DNA from: Picochlorum sp. SENEW3
Taxonomy: Eukaryota
NCBI GenBank assembly: GCA_034226945.1
Contig: CP120458.1
Coordinates: forward strand, 62,001 to 126,000
Direction: 5' to 3'
DNA: 64,000 bases
Below the pieces are notes generated by a model that was given only the letters and a program-made list of their open reading frames with translations, did not search any database and was not told where the DNA came from. Every line of letters begins with the position of its first letter. Positions within the stretch are counted from its first letter, which is position 1. The position numbers and the translations under genes are program-made. This document shows, one piece after another, positions 46,421 to 61,160 of this stretch.

Positions 46421-48667
46421 TCAGCGGGATGTGTACACCTTGGTTGAACTAATACTGAGCTCGGCAGCGTCTGCTTTCGTTTCCTGATTTGCTGCCAAAG
46501 CTTGCCCACTGCCACCACTGGGGCCACTACCTAGAAAAACTGACATTTCCTTGAGTTCTTTGACGATTTCTGCAAACATTGGACGGTCATATGGATTTTG
46601 GGACCAGCATAAAGTCATCAGAGTCACATATTCATCAAAATATGTGCACTCTTTCCCGGCACTGTCATGGACCTCCCAAAAGTTTGGAACAGGTGGTCTT
46701 GCACCATCACGCACCAATGTGACAATATCCCAGTGTTTCACATCTGGCCAAGGTGTTGACCGAGTAAGCATCTCCCACATCACGATGCCAAATGCATACA
46801 CATCGGACTCTTTCGAATATCCTTCCCCTCCAAGAGTTTCTGGCGCCAGCCACCTGGGATTGTGGGCAGTGCCAAGACTACTTCCAGTTGTTCCTTCGAC
46901 CAAACTGCTCAAATTGAAATCACAAATTTTAACACGATAGTCCGCATCTACTAAAATATTGCTGCTTCTAAGATCACAGTGGACGATTGGCTTGGATCTA
47001 GAGTGAAGATACAGTATTCCAGTTGCTGCATCAATCATCATTTTCAAACACATCTCCCAGGTTGGCAGAAACTTGTCCTCTACTCTAGCAGATTTGAGCA
47101 GATTGCATAGACTTCCCTTTTCGCAGAATTCTGACACAATACCGGGAGGTTCAGAGCATATTCCTATAAATTGTACAATGTTTGGATGCCGCAGTGATGA
47201 TAAGATGTCTGCTTCAGTTTCTAGGATGGACATCGTTGTTTCCTCGTTGCGCTTCTCGATTTGTGACTCTAGCACAGCAGCAGATGAATCAGGATGCCAA
47301 TTCGTCAGAACTTTCACAGCAACAGGTGTCTCGTTCCATACTGCCCTGTAAACCTTGCCAAATGCTCCCTGACCGATGCATTCACAGATCTCCATCGTGG
47401 AAAAGTCTATGTTGTATTCTGTTATAGTTGAACCTGATTCTTTCCTTGTTGATAGATCTCTCAGTGATAATCCTCTGTCTTCCATGTGAGTATAACTAGG
47501 TTTTTTATATATTGAAGAATGATCTGAGTCTTTCACTTTCCTACTCTCTTTGTTCTCTGAAACGACCTCCCTAGTCGTTGAAATTGCCATTGTGCCAAGA
47601 GAAGCAGTGGCGGCAGTAGCCATGGGACCCATTGAATGAGTCGATACTTTATTTGTATCACTGTTGGAAGAAAATCCTGGTTTCCATGAAGCCCCGTGCT
47701 TGAGAATATCTGATGTTGAGAGCACACTCTCATTTCTTGGTGCTTCTACTTTTCCTCTAGGATTCTCAGACATGCAAGCACTGTGGTTAGAATCTAGCTT
47801 GGTTCGAGATCCTATATATCTTTGTGCGGATGGACGCTGACTAATATCAGTCCGCGACCTCGATTGCATTCTACTTCTTCTTCCTGCTTCTACATCACTG
47901 CCTGAATCTGCAACGCCCCGTCTGCGGGACCTACAGTACCAGCAGAATATCACAAGAGACGAAAGAACGAGTATCCCACCAACACTACATGCGACAGCGA
48001 TAATGATTGCCGTGGTCCTACTTGTTCCACTTCCTTCTGTCGAGTTCTCAGGGGATCCTTGGACATCTCCAGCATCAGGCACAAATATTGTGTTGGCTGG
48101 AGGGGCTGCAATGCCAATTGGATCTACAATATCATTTGTATCAGGTACTGGAGGTGGTTCCCCAGTCTCCGGAGAGGGAGGCGGTGAGAGCACCAATGGA
48201 GAAGGAGGAGGAGGAAAAGGAGGTGGTGGAAAAGGAGGTGGTGGAGACAGTGCTGGTGAGACGGGTATCAAAATTGGCTGTGGCTCTGGTGGCTGCGGTG
48301 CGACAATACTATCATCTATTGGAGTAAATGGAGGACTATCGCCGACAGGCTGTACATCGTACTCGTACTCTATTGGTATGATCGTCGGCTTGCTACCTTC
48401 CTGAGGACCTGGCTCGGAAGGTGCCGCTGGGGGACTGTCATTCGAGTCATTGCCCCCTCCAAATCCTACAGATATACATTAAATGTGTTAACAATGTTAG
48501 TAAATCGCACAGCTCCGCGATGTGACCCCATCAAGCCCCATTTACAGTCCAACCAACCTACCTCCGAAGAAGAAGTCAACCACGTCGTCTAGGAAGCCTG
48601 CAGACGCGTTCCTTGCGCACGACAATAATATGCAGCAAAGGAGCAATCTTTTTATCAGACCTCTCAT
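46421..48667 (-). CDS. Single-pass membrane TKL/Raf-like protein kinase with signal peptide and Pro-rich ectodomain (exons 48667-48562, 48465-46421)
   Basis: MRGLIKRLLLCILLSCARNASA; poly-Pro; TM AIIIAVACSVGGILVLSSLVIFCW; GQGAFG, VAVK, HCDLRSSN, DFN, WLAPE. Confidence 0.9.
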
Positions 48668-48875
48668 ACTTTTCCAATTTTGGGTCTCACTGGAGCATAA
48701 AACCCCACCCACACTTTCACGACCTCAGCAGATGGCTAGGATCACAGCAGCTGTGAATATCAACCAACTACTTGCAGGCACTGCCAATGTCTTGTCATCG
48801 ATTGAAACTATTACTACTAGTGTTTTTCACATGGTGAGTAAGCATCCAATTACATATATATCATCATCATCATCG

Positions 48876-49913
48876 CTATCCAGTCTGCTGACTCTTTCTT
48901 GACACTGTTCTTGCTTGGAACCCAGCCTTGATTGCAGACACAGTCCTTGATGCACCACATTGCTGACACCTCAAAAACATGATTCTAGTAGATGAATCCC
49001 TATCCAAAAGGGTATCCGGAGATTTGCAACTATTGCAGAGCACATACTCGTTCATGTATCTCCTCAAGCACCCCTCAAATGCTTTGGGCAAGAATCTGCC
49101 CTTCAAAATCAACCGCTGCTGCCCATCCAATGACCCAGATGTACCCAACTCTGCCAAAAGATACGCCTGTAGATGCTCAGGATTCCTATTCATACTTCGT
49201 GCCAAATCCATAAAATTCGAAAAGACAGTCTTCTTTGTCCCCTCCCTAGCAACCTGGGGAGGCTTGAGTGTTGTCCTCCGCCTCTCACCAGTCAGCTCTG
49301 GATTATTCTCCTTCAATATTCCAAACACCCGATCTAACAACTCCTCATACTTGTAATCTCTATCCGAACCATCCCAAGGAAGCCCCCCAGAAGACTTTCC
49401 TTGCTCCCCAGAAGCACCACCCTCTGGCCCAAATTCCTCATCTGTCCTTGTCTTTGACTTTTTCTTCTTCTTCTTCTTCCCCAGGCTAAGATTCAAATCA
49501 TCAAGCCCCAAGTCATCGTCTCCTTCCTTGACATCATCAGCAAACTTGATGGATTTCTTCTTCTTCTTCTTCTTACCAAACTCGAGAGATGCACCCACAT
49601 CAACCTCCTCCTCCTCACCTGCTTTCTGAGAATCATCCAGTCCCTTCTCATCCTCATTATTATTATTCACTGCATCGTAAAATATGAGTGTAAAATTGCC
49701 TAAAGAACTCCATGGGTCTCTTCCCAGACTCCAAATTTGACAAATACGTACCCGTCAACTCTGCAACCTTGTCTGCAACCTGTTCCACTTCCTGCACAGA
49801 TATAAGATGTCGAAAAAATAGTATGCAATTGACTAATAATACCAACAGCTCAAGAGCAGATTCAGCATAAGAAAGAAGGAGGATTTCTGACCGACATGAG
49901 AACGCACCGCCAT
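48876..49913 (-). CDS. EIF2S2: Translation initiation factor eIF2 beta subunit (two short 5' exons inferred)
   Basis: Poly-Lys boxes, YEELLDRVF, LAELGTSGSLDG, C2-C2 zinc finger CNSCK..CQQCG. Confidence 0.93.
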
Positions 49914-50341
49914 CCTACTCAAGTACTTTGAACAGACTCAAATGTATTTATGAAGACCGATAACAGGGCCTTGAATAGATATTGCTGTGTAAGAAGACTA
50001 TCCAGGTACAATAATATCGAATATACACTGTATATTACGAGTATGGCAGTCGTATTCATTCCCATAGTCCACTGCTATTGTTGTTCATCTACTAATCAGC
50101 ACAGGTCCGATGAAGCGTATCCATTGATGGGTCTCTTGAGCATAACACACAGAAGGAAGACGACGATTGTCAAAGGCCATCTGTCTCTACTAGAGAATCA
50201 TAATAGAGACAATGAGTGCCCCTATGTGCATGATTGAACTTTAATTATATCTAAAGCACCCAAGGAATATGTCAAATGGCTGATCAACACCTCGATTTTG
50301 GCAGATCATTGCCAGTGAGCAGGTTGAGCTCAACTTGTCCC

Positions 50342-53300
50342 ATGGCATTGGTGGTGTTGCTGCTTACTCTTCTCTTGGTGGTTGTGGATGCATCATCAGG
50401 ATCCAAGGGAGTGGTTGTGGATCTGCAGGCTTCATGGGGATCTACATCACTGCTGCACGAGGCTGCAGAGTTTCTGGTAGGTGATGTACTTGGTATTATT
50501 GTCTTGCACCCTGAAGCATTCTTTGGCTTTGAGAATTCATCCGAGTGTCTAGATATGAATTAATGGTACATATGCATATGCAGGGCGATGGCTCAGGGGC
50601 GGATGGATTCTTCGACGTGGTTCGAGAGTGGAGGAGGAGGACAAGTGCTGCTCACCAGCGAGGAACATCATCTTGCTCCGGTGCAGGTGATACACTGGAT
50701 GGTGCTTGCTGCTCTTCTATGCTGCAAGAATTTCTCGGTGACATACTTTCTCATGGTCAGATGTATCGCATGAGCATGGTGGCCCTTGCCTCCAGGCAGT
50801 ATTCTCCCAGACTGGAGACCTTTCGGCAGTTGTCAGAGGGGTGGTTTGGTCCAGACAAGGCATGCTGCTGGGTGGTCGTGAATGGGAAAACTGCAATTAC
50901 AACTGTGGATGAACTAGAAAAGAGTATTGATCTTGCATTGGAACATGGCGGTGAGACAAAGGAAAAGGTTCTGGACATTGATCATGTATTCAGCAGAAAG
51001 GATGGCAAGGCTACTGTGACGTTGTACGGCCCGCTGGATTCAGTGTGTTCTCACAAGATGCATGATTATATTGTGGATACTATTCTTGGCAAGAAACGTG
51101 GAAACGTATCGTACCTGTGGAGGCCTATTCCATACAGTGGTGTTGCTTGCCAAGACGAGTTTTCATGCAGTCAGCTGGGAACGGACAAAAACATGTCCAT
51201 TCCTGGATACGGGGTGGATTTAGCGATCAAAAATATGGAGTACAATGCGAGAGATTCCTCCGAAGAAAAGGACTCCTCGGGTGCTTTGGACTCTTCACAG
51301 TCCACACCTGGGTTTGACACTCAAACGTTGGTTGAGAGGTATCCCAAACATAGGATGGAACTGGAATCATTCGCGTCCCATCTGAGCAAATCATCGTCAC
51401 AGAAAGAAAGCAGTGGTATAAAAGTGTGGGATTTGAACGATATTGGAATCCAGACTGTGGAAAAGGTGTTCAATGCCAAAGATGGGCTCTCTGTGCTTCG
51501 GGATGTCGCACAGAATTTTCCCAGCCTGGTTGAGATGATATCCAAGGTGCCCGTATCCAAAGATACAAGAAGACAGATAAAATCACTATCATCATATTTA
51601 AGCCCAGATGCAGAGGCATTATTTGTGAACGGATTGTCAATTTCTTTGGGTGATTTGAACTGGCATGCAATACTGGATGTGCTCCGCAGTGAATCTGAGT
51701 TTCTGCTCAAGCTGCACTCATTAGGCATCGCATCTGGAAACATCCCAGAAATTATGAAGTTGCGAAATGGACACGGGGGCCAGGAGGACGAAGGACGAGG
51801 AGAAAGTTTCCGATTGGACTTTCAGCCAGAGAATCATGTCTTCTGGATGAGCAACGTCGAAGAGGACGAATCCTTCGAAGGTTTACCATCACGATTGAGC
51901 AATTTACTACAGCCTGCATTTATGGGGCAAGTTCCAGCAGTGAGGAGGAATATTTTTACCGCATTTTTCGTGGTGGATGTGGGCAGCAGGGGTGGTGCCA
52001 TGTCACTCTTGACTGCAAAAGGCCTTCTAGACCAAGGCCTTCCTGTAAGAATTGGCATTATTCCGGTGGGACACAAGGAAAATGTGGAGAATACGTCTCG
52101 GGATCTTACAAATATATTCACGGCTCTAGGATTGAATATGGGAGGTCGCCAAGCATGCAGCCTGTTTGCTGCTTCGGCAGCAGCTATGACGCAGAAAGGT
52201 TGGGATATGGAAGACAATTACCCAGAAGCGATGTATAACGCTCTTATGAAGCAGTTAAAGCCAAAGTGGAAGAATATGTCGGATAAATTTGACGGTATTG
52301 CGCCAAAAGCCTTTGCAGGCTTCCTGAGAGAATCCAAGAATGCCGTAGCAGAATCTGTGGCATCCTTCTTGAAAGAAGCGAGCGCGCAAGTCAAGGGGCT
52401 TGGAATCCAAGATTTCCCTGAGGCAGGGGGCATTATGATCTTTAATGGGGCCCTGCATCATGTTGATTCGGCTCCAATGTGGCGCCCCGTGTTGATCAAT
52501 GCCTGGCAGGCTGAAGTTGCTTCAATTCAACGGCTCATCTATGAGAATCGGTTATCTGATTCGTCTAAGGATTTATTAGGAGACATACTTTTGATACATG
52601 GCGCTATTCCTCGATTCAATTCGAGGATATTATCAAAGCCCTCATTGCTAGGAGATGGGGAGGCAGACAATAGTCCTCAGAGAGCTATTGACTTTGCCAA
52701 TGTGTCAAGCACCTTGGATCTCATTGAGAGTATGGAGCTAGCCTATTTCAGCCAAATGGCTCTCGTGAATGACAAGATTCAGAACTTCCCGATAACGCAC
52801 TGGGTCATTGTGAATCCATCATCTGATGCTGGGCGAGCGCTGATGTCTGAAGCCCTATCACACGAGTTTGCTGATTCCAGAATAGGTGTCGTGGTCAATC
52901 TGGAGGACCCATCTTGCTCGAATGACACAGTTTCAGAACTTGATGCTTTCTTGCTAGGGTTATCCCTCGGTCCTCCAGAGAAAGCCTCCGAAGCAGATTA
53001 CTTTGACATGTTGGCCTCGATATCTTCGGCATCAGCTGCGAATCTTGCGAATGGTAGATTGCCTGGTATAATTCCAGAAGAGGTTTTCCCAAACCCGGAA
53101 AGTCTCAAGAACTTTTTGAGGGACGTAAGAGGATCAAAATATCTTGAAAAACATTGTCGATTCGTCAGAGACCATTTGGGCCTGCCCAAGGGCATTTCTG
53201 GTGTCCTAACCAATGGCAGATTTTTGGAACAAAGGTTTGCTGGGGATATTGTCGCAAAAGACTTTAGAATTCTTGATCAGGTTGCAGAGACCAAATTTTT

Positions 53301-55461
53301 CGCGACCAGAAAGCTATTGAATATCTTGAAATCGACATTGCCTGCAGATGGTAGACTCAACACTATTGCTGCTCTGTCATCGAGTGTCATCATGGCCCAT
53401 ACATCTGGAAAGGTGCGTTTGTATGTGTATCAAGGTCTCCGATGATTTGAGACTAAAAAATCTTGTGTGTGTTGTCATACAGGATGCATCACAGTCATCC
53501 CAAGTGCTGGAGCTGTTTGATAGGACGGCTGACAACATCAAGGTTGTTGAGAGGTCACTATTCGAATTCGATACTGCTCCATTGCAGGTGCAGGCAATCT
53601 TTGATCCACTCAGCAAGGTATCTCAGCAAATATCTCCAATTCTCGTGTATTTGAAAGAATCCCTGCATGCGAATATTGAAGTCATTTTGCACCCGAAACA
53701 AGGCTACTCAGATTTGCCTCTGAAGAATTATTACAGATATGTCATGCCCAGTACTCACAGTATCAGCTCAGACAATTCTCCCAAGGCCATATTTTCGTCG
53801 TTACCCCTCCATGATACTTTGACGCTAGGCATGGATGTCCCAGAAATGTGGTTGGTCAGTCCTGTGCACTGCAAGCATGATTTGGACAATATTCAGTTGG
53901 CCAGTCTCCCAGCAACAGAAAAGAACCTTGTTGCTACTTTTAAATTAGATTCAATCCTCGTAACAGGGATGTGTGTGGATTTTTCTGCGTTAGAAAGTGG
54001 TAGAAATGCTCAGATACATCCACGAGGAGTTCAACTGACTCTTGGAACGCCTGACAAGCCTGCAAAGTCTGACACCCTGGTGATGAGTAATCTGGGCTAT
54101 TTTCAACTAAAAGCAAGCCCAGGTATCTGGGACTTGCGTCTGGCTCCAGGGAGATCAGAAGAAATATACAACATCAAAAAAGTAACAGGAAGATCTGAAT
54201 TCTCTCTGATGACAAGCTCAGCGGCCATGAGGGATAATGCAGCAATCATACCAGTGGCATCCTTTTCTGGAGAGCATCTACTGCTTCTGCTACGCCCAAA
54301 CAAGGGACACGACGGAGAAGATGTCCTAGATGTCAAGGGTAGTCCCTCAGTGTCTGCAGGAAATCAAGATGATAGAATACACGTTTTCACCGTGGCTTCC
54401 GGTCATATGTACGAGCGATTGCAGAAAATAATGATACTGTCAGCCATCAAGAGATCCAGCAGGCGAATCAAATTTTGGTTCATTGAAAACTACATGAGCC
54501 CTCAAATGAAGGATTTTGTACCACACATGGCTCGCCAGTATGGCTTTGATTACGAGTGCGTTTCTTTAATGTTCGAATCATCTTTTCTGGTGTATGTATA
54601 TGATACATATTAGATGGTGGATAGCGAGTGATGATGATCCGTAAGCACCACCTCACATTGTATTCCCATGTATGCAGGTTTGTGACATATAAATGGCCAT
54701 CATGGCTCCACAAGCAGTCTGAGAAACAGCGCATCATATGGGCCTACAAAATCTTATTCTTAGACGTCTTGTTTCCGCTTGGACTGAAAAAAGTCATCTT
54801 TTGTGACTCTGATCAAGTGATCAGGACAGATTTGGCAGAGCTCTGGGACTACAACCTCCATGGAGCTCCCTATGGATATACGCCGTTCTGCGACAATAAC
54901 AAGGACATGGATGGCTTTAGATTCTGGAAGCAAGGATTCTGGGAAAATCATCTTCAGGGAAAGGCATACCACATCTCAGCTCTCTATGTCGTCGACTTGG
55001 AGAGATTCAGGTCCATGGCAGCAGGCGATCAATTGCGAGTCATCTATGACCAGCTCTCCAAGGACCCCAACTCGCTATCAAACCTGGACCAGGACCTTCC
55101 AAACTTTGCCCAGCATCAAGTGCCCATCGCCAGCCTCCCTCAAGAGTGGCTGTGGTGTGAAACATGGTGTGGCAATGCAACTAGAACAAGAGCCAAGACA
55201 ATTGATCTCTGCAACAACCCATTAACCAAAGAACCAAAACTTCAGAGTGCCAGGCGCATCATCGCAGAGTGGCCAGATCTCAATAGAGAAGCTGAAGAGT
55301 TCACAGCGAGAGTAGATGCATATCTCGACGGAGCAATGACAGAAGAAGAGCTCTCTTCGTCTGACAGCAGTCGATTCATGGTCAATCTCAAGCCCATGGT
55401 TGAAGGATCTTTCCCAATCAAAAACGAGGCCCATCCGAGAATAGATCATTCTGAATTATAA
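50342..55461 (+). CDS. UGGT: UDP-glucose:glycoprotein glucosyltransferase (4 exons)
   Basis: Signal peptide; [64 protein letters not shown]-retention-like HSEL. Confidence 0.95.
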
Positions 55462-55497
55462 TTATTGATATTGTGAATACATTCAGAAGTAGACAAG

Positions 55498-56165
55498 ATG
55501 CTGAACGTATCAGTCAGTCGCACGCAGCCCAGGTTGTCGAATTTGACAATTGGAGCAAACAAACGATGCCATTGCATCATCAGTTGCTCCATCCAGGACC
55601 AAGGAAAACAGACGAGTAAAAAATCAGCTGGGATTCTCTCTGTGCTTGGCCTTGGGGCATTAAAAGCCAAGGCAACTCTGACAACCATGGCCCTTCGTGC
55701 CTGTCAGGATACCGATGCGGATGCTATTAATGCCCAAATCAAAGAGAATGTGAAATCATTGAGGATGTTGGCTCTTGTCATGCCATTCGCTGCCGTCAGT
55801 GGAAGCACAGATACGTTTTTTATCATTACAAAGGCTGTTGCGTCGTTTATCAAGGTGCGTGGGTCTGTGGGTCTCTCTTTTGCTCATGATGACATCATCA
55901 GATATAGAGGAATGTTCTGCAGTTGTATCTGTTGCTCTTGTTTGTGAGAGTGTTGCTGAGTTGGTTCCCTACGTTTACCTGGTGGGAGCAGCAGCCTTGG
56001 CTTGCTCTTAGACAGGTGACGGATCCGTACTTGAAATTGTTCTCTGGGTTGGTGCCACCGTTGTTGGGAACGATTGATCTGACTCCATTGTTCGGGTTCT
56101 TCATCTTGCAATTCTTGGGAGGGGCGTTGGATGTTGCTGATGATGAGACGAGGTTCTGGAGTTGA
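55498..56165 (+). CDS. ylmG: YGGT/YlmG family plastid membrane protein (intron ~55855-55922)
   Basis: LFVRVLLSWFP..LRQVTDPYLKLFSGLVPPLLGTIDLTPL; transit-peptide-like N-terminus. Confidence 0.88.
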
Positions 56166-56302
56166 TATGGGGCAGTTTTACATCATATCCACAAAAGTGT
56201 AGAGGCTTGTTACATTAATTTATAATAATATTATGGTTGGAACATGTGTATGTTATATTTGTACATCAACGAGAGAGAGAAATACATGTGATGTGTCATG
56301 AT

Positions 56303-56999
56303 TTACAGAATCGAGCCTCTCATTTCAGAGAGATCATTGGTCCGCTCGTTTGCATTCATGAGCATTGTGATGGCCTTCTCCTGGTCCATTGGACTGTTCT
56401 GCGTGGAATCAGTATCTTCCCATACCACTCTGGAGGTTTGGGCTTGGGATTCTCGGACGAGATATCCAGCTACGCTGTCACGCCGAGAACAGAACCTTGG
56501 CAACTGATTCTTTTTCCATTCCCCAGTCAAGTCATACGGTGTGAGCTTTCCAAGTTTGCAGCGCTCCTTGGAGGAGCTGTATGCAAATGTCTTGCACGAT
56601 CCATTTTCAACACATTTATTGAAACAATCTGCAAGGCTTTGAATGCCTCTTAACTTTTTGAATGTCCCACGATTTACAGTGTACCCATCGAAAACAACAG
56701 CAAGCCCATCTGACCTAGTGTCTCCACCCAAAAGTTCTGGATTGGTATTTTTCATTGTGACAGAGCACTTTTTACCCAGTGGTCGAGCCATGGCAAGGCC
56801 TGTTGATTGTCCTGCATGTTACCGATGGATGAATTCATTGCATTCAGAAAGATGTTGACTGATGGAAAATACTCCCATGTTCTCATGCAGAAGGCGTGTT
56901 CGCATTCTTCATCGACTACATACCTGGTCTCATGTCAGAATTGGACGCCATCATGGCGAGCAATAACGCTCCGACGAGGGGCAGTTTCAAAAAAGTCAT
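56303..56999 (-). CDS. Small secreted protein with a PAN/apple-like Cys pattern
   Basis: Exon 1 MTFLKLPLVGALLLAMMAS; DCFNKCVENGSCKTFAY..RCKL. Confidence 0.6.
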
Positions 57000-57293
57000 G
57001 TTCAACAAAAAGACAGCAAGGATCGATGAGTGAACTGTCAAGTATTATTTGATGCTTCTCAGACTTTTGTCTCAATAAAGCACGATTTATTCATGTATTT
57101 TTATTGTTTTTTACTACAAGTACACTGTACATTGACATATTGTGTGTAGCGCGTACAATCAAGACAGACACTGAGCTGCCACTCTGGGTTCCAAGTCACA
57201 TTCTGCTGCATGTATACTTGAAGGTGGAATTGGCCCACACTCCTACAGAAGGTACCGTCCAGATTGCAAACATCCATTTAATCCAGAATACAT

Positions 57294-59760
57294 TCATAAA
57301 GAGGCTTTTCTGATTTCCATCTTTGCAATGGTTTCCAGGTGGACATTGTCTGGGCCATCGGCCAACCTTAGTGTTCTGGCAGCACTCCAAATGCTGGCGA
57401 GAGGAAACTTGTCAGACACACCTGCACCTCCAAATACCTGAATGATTCTATCGACAACACCAAGAACTGCTGAGGGTGTATGGACCTTCGCGATGGAAAT
57501 GGCGGAGCGCGCTGCTTTTGACCCAACAGCATCAAGAGCTGTGGCAGCATTGTGGACAACAAGCCTCGCCGCATCCAAGTCAATCCTGCACCTTGCAAGA
57601 TCTGCACGAATCAACTGATGCTCATAAAACATCTTCCCAAAAGATTTTCTCTCGTGTATTCTATCTAAACAGAGAGAGATTGCTCGTTCTCCCATCCCCA
57701 GTAATCTCATGCAATGGTGCAAGCGGCCAGGACCCAAGCGGCCTTGGGCTATCTCAAAGCCACGACCTTCGCCCAAGATGATATTCTCTTTCGGCACTCG
57801 AACATTCTTAAAATTCATTTCTGCATGGCCATGTGGCGCGTCATCGTATCCAAAAACCGTCAAGGGTTTGATATTGACAATGTTCTCATTCGGCATTGGC
57901 ACAAGTACCATTGACTCCTGCTTATGCACTGGGCCGTTAAAGGTCGTCTTGCCCATGAAAATAGCCACTCTGCATCTCGGATCACAAGCACCTGATATCC
58001 ACCACTTAAGTCCGTTTAAAATATACTCATTTGACCTTTGGTCAAAGCAAATGGATGATTGGATATTCGTAGCATCTGAAGACGCAACATTTTGCTCCGT
58101 CATGGCAAAACATGACCTCATGTCACCTCTCAGAAGTGGAAGTAGCCATTCCTTCTGCTGCGTGATATTTCCATACCTCGCGAGTACTTCCATGTTGCCC
58201 GTGTCAGGGGCTGAGCAATTGAAGATCTCAGATGCCCACACAGAATGTCCCATCACCTCTGCAAATTTGGCATATGAAGCATTGGTCAACCTGGGACCAC
58301 CCAAGAGGATTCGCTCCTCATCAGATACTGATATGAATCGTAAGAACGAATCAACTATCTCAGCCAAGTCTGGTGCAATCCACAGATTCCACAGTCCTTG
58401 CCTCTTGGCTTCCACTTTCAACTCTTCCTGAACAGGATGAATGGACCATCTCTCATCTGATGCCGCATGCTCGATCAGTACAGATTCTACAGGAAGCACA
58501 TTAGCTCTCATAAATGTCATCAAATTGTCTAGTAAATGCGTCGCCTCTATTGATGACTTTCCCATGTAAATGGTGTCAGAATGAAACACGTAATCATCAA
58601 AGCAGGGCCCTCTATCGCCCATCAATCTCAGGGCTATCCCGGCCAATGCCCTAATATTTTCCTCCGAAGCCAACACTGCTGCTTCGTCGCTGGAAGCATT
58701 CCCTTGCTGGGCTCGAGCCCTCACCCCTGCCAGAATACTAGCCAGTCTGAAAAGAGACAGTGACACATAAAAATTCCAATCAGCATTTCCCGGACGCTGT
58801 ATCCCCCTTTCATGACAATATACTTGTATATATTCATCAATTGAAGGAATACCAGCTGGGCGAGGATTCTTGGGCATCGATAGCTGTGGAATGGCATCAT
58901 GGGGAATGTAGTATGGCAAGCAACTGTAGGCCAAGTCACACAAGGGGTCCCCCAACGTAGAGAGCTCCCAATCGAGCACTGCGACTACCTTTCTTGTACT
59001 TTGATCAAATATGAGATTATCTAATCGAAAATCACCGTGAGCGAGATGCGAGACCGATGGAGGTTGTCTACCCTTCATTGTAGCCTCATGCTGCCGAAGC
59101 AGATTACAGAGTTGCCTCATCATCACTGCTATCGCGCCCCCTTGGCCCTCATCTCGCTGCGATTTCATAAATTGCCTATTCCAAACATCAATTTGTCTCC
59201 CTGTATACCCATCTGCACGCCCATACTGTCGCAGACCAACTCTAGAGGGATCAATCGAATGCAACCTTGCAAGAACCCTGGCCATCTCAAAATAAATCTC
59301 GCGGCGACCACGCTCATCATCGACATCTCTCAGATCACTATATGTATAAATCTTCCCTTTGACAAACGACATGAGGTAAAATGGTGTACCTAGCACATGC
59401 GACTCGTTGCACAAAGCAATTGGCTCTGGAACAGGAAAACCAAGAGGAAACAAACAGCAGAGAACCTGATACTCTCTTTCGATAGCATGGGCTGATGGAA
59501 GAATGGGAGGGGGAGGCTTCTTACGTAGCACAAGTTGCCTCTCTCCGCCATTGATGCTCACAAAAAAGGTGGGGTTGGACTGCCCATGGTGAAATTTGGT
59601 GCATTCAATGTGCTCCACTTCAATGCCACCCAGGCTGCGCTCACTGATCGTCCTCAAATACCCCACCAATAGTTCCTATTTACGACAAATAAAGTACGTT
59701 TGTGAGAATAAAAGACAGATATTCGCGATATTCTGTTGCCAAGATCACCTACCGAGTCAT
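57294..59760 (-). CDS. IBR3: Acyl-CoA dehydrogenase ACAD10/11 (IBR3-like): APH kinase-like + ACAD domains, peroxisomal-type C-terminus
   Basis: GQSNPTF, HGDFRLDN, LDWELSTLG, FNCSAPDTGNMEVL, AQGRLGPGRLHHCMR, C-terminal ASL. Confidence 0.93.
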
Positions 59761-59882
59761 GTCGGGATTTCGACAGCTCAACCAAATCCTCCTTCATCTG
59801 AGCATCTTATTACCGATTGTTACACAGTTTCATTTCAAATTAGTCTTATAAAATACGTTTTTAGCATTGTTCAGATGATTAA

Positions 59883-61160
59883 TTAATGCCTATCCATTTG
59901 TCTCAGAGTCACAGCAGCTGCTGGGTCAATCTTGTTCAGTTCCACAAAGATCCAGTACTTGAACAATGAATCCAACACCACAGGGACAGTGGCGACAAAC
60001 AAGTGAAGGCCATCTTGTTGTGCATGGAGTCCATAGTGATGGCTCAGTAAGCTCAATGCAGCAGTCCATCCCTCTTCAGAATGGTATCCCAGGAGGGTAT
60101 CTGTTACTAGAATGATGATGAAGGCCTTGGCAGTATCTGACAGCCCTGTGAACACTCTCCCTATTGTACGGAACAAAATGGCTCTAGGTGAATTGTCTCG
60201 AACCAAGAGTATGAAAAATATCACCGCAGAGGTGCTGTCAGACACAACATTCAACAACGCCCTTTTATTCTCCTTCTTCTTCTGGTCTGCGAATGCTACA
60301 GCCTCTTGATGCAAGTGCTGCAAGAGATCCTCATCATTCAATTCTGGTGCCTGGCCCAAGGACGCTGCCATTCTCAATTTTATTTCTTCTCTATGCATTG
60401 CTTCCGCGCCTTCGACCTTTTGCTCTGCAGAAAGAGCAAATGCATTCGGATCAATCTCCTGGGCAAAACTCCACAGAGGTTGAGCCACCATGCGACTGAC
60501 AGCAAAGCCCACCGCCAGGGGAACACCGATCAAAACCCCAGCATATCGAAGTGACTCTCTAGACTCGTATTGATTCGTGATGGCTTCCACAAACACCCTC
60601 TCCTCTGCTTCCTTCTCTCCCAACGCTACTCTATTATAAATACCAGTTGGATCCACAATCGGGCGGAGGTACTCATCCCTCACCTTGGACCTCTCCCCTC
60701 TCCTTGACCTACGCCGTCTAATCACCGCTTCTCGAAGCTCTGCGACTTCCTCACTATCATCCAAATCAGCTACCGCCGGATTGCCACTCCAGTCGTCCCA
60801 GTCCTCCTCCAGGCCTGCTGACCACTCTTCGATGGCCTTTGCTCTCCTTCGATCTGTGTTCCCGTCCCCATTTTTAGTGTCTTTCGAACTCGTTGGAGAA
60901 GGCTGTACATCCTTAGGACCCTGTGTTAAGCCAAGCCATCGCCGAACGTCATCCTGAAATTCCCCTCCTTCTGGACCTCCACTCGCCCGACAATTCAATA
61001 GTTCTCCCCTTTGTCGTGACTGACATACGTCAATTGTTAAATATCTTGCAAAACCGGCCTTTGATAGGTTCAGATGGACCATAGTCCCTCGAACGTGTGT
61101 CTGCCCTGGTTGTCCATGCCAGGACTGAGGCGCACTCTGAACGGCCGATCTTGCCACCAT
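59883..61160 (-). CDS. Nuclear-encoded CemA/Ycf10-like plastid envelope proton-extrusion protein
   Basis: GLSDTAKAFIIILVTDTLLGYHSEEGW, FVATVPVVLDSLFKYWIF. Confidence 0.88.
   Translation of the reverse strand: MVARSAVQSAPQSWHGQPGQTHVRGTMVHLNLSKAGFARYLTIDVCQSRQRGELLNCRASGGPEGGEFQDDVRRWLGLTQGPKDVQPSPTSSKDTKNGDGNTDRRRAKAIEEWSAGLEEDWDDWSGNPAVADLDDSEEVAELREAVIRRRRSRRGERSKVRDEYLRPIVDPTGIYNRVALGEKEAEERVFVEAITNQYESRESLRYAGVLIGVPLAVGFAVSRMVAQPLWSFAQEIDPNAFALSAEQKVEGAEAMHREEIKLRMAASLGQAPELNDEDLLQHLHQEAVAFADQKKKENKRALLNVVSDSTSAVIFFILLVRDNSPRAILFRTIGRVFTGLSDTAKAFIIILVTDTLLGYHSEEGWTAALSLLSHHYGLHAQQDGLHLFVATVPVVLDSLFKYWIFVELNKIDPAAAVTLRQMDRH

Noticed and set aside
48003..48404. Gly-rich plus-strand ORFs, and similar short antisense ORFs throughout
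   Set aside because: Antisense shadows of real genes (here the kinase poly-Pro region).
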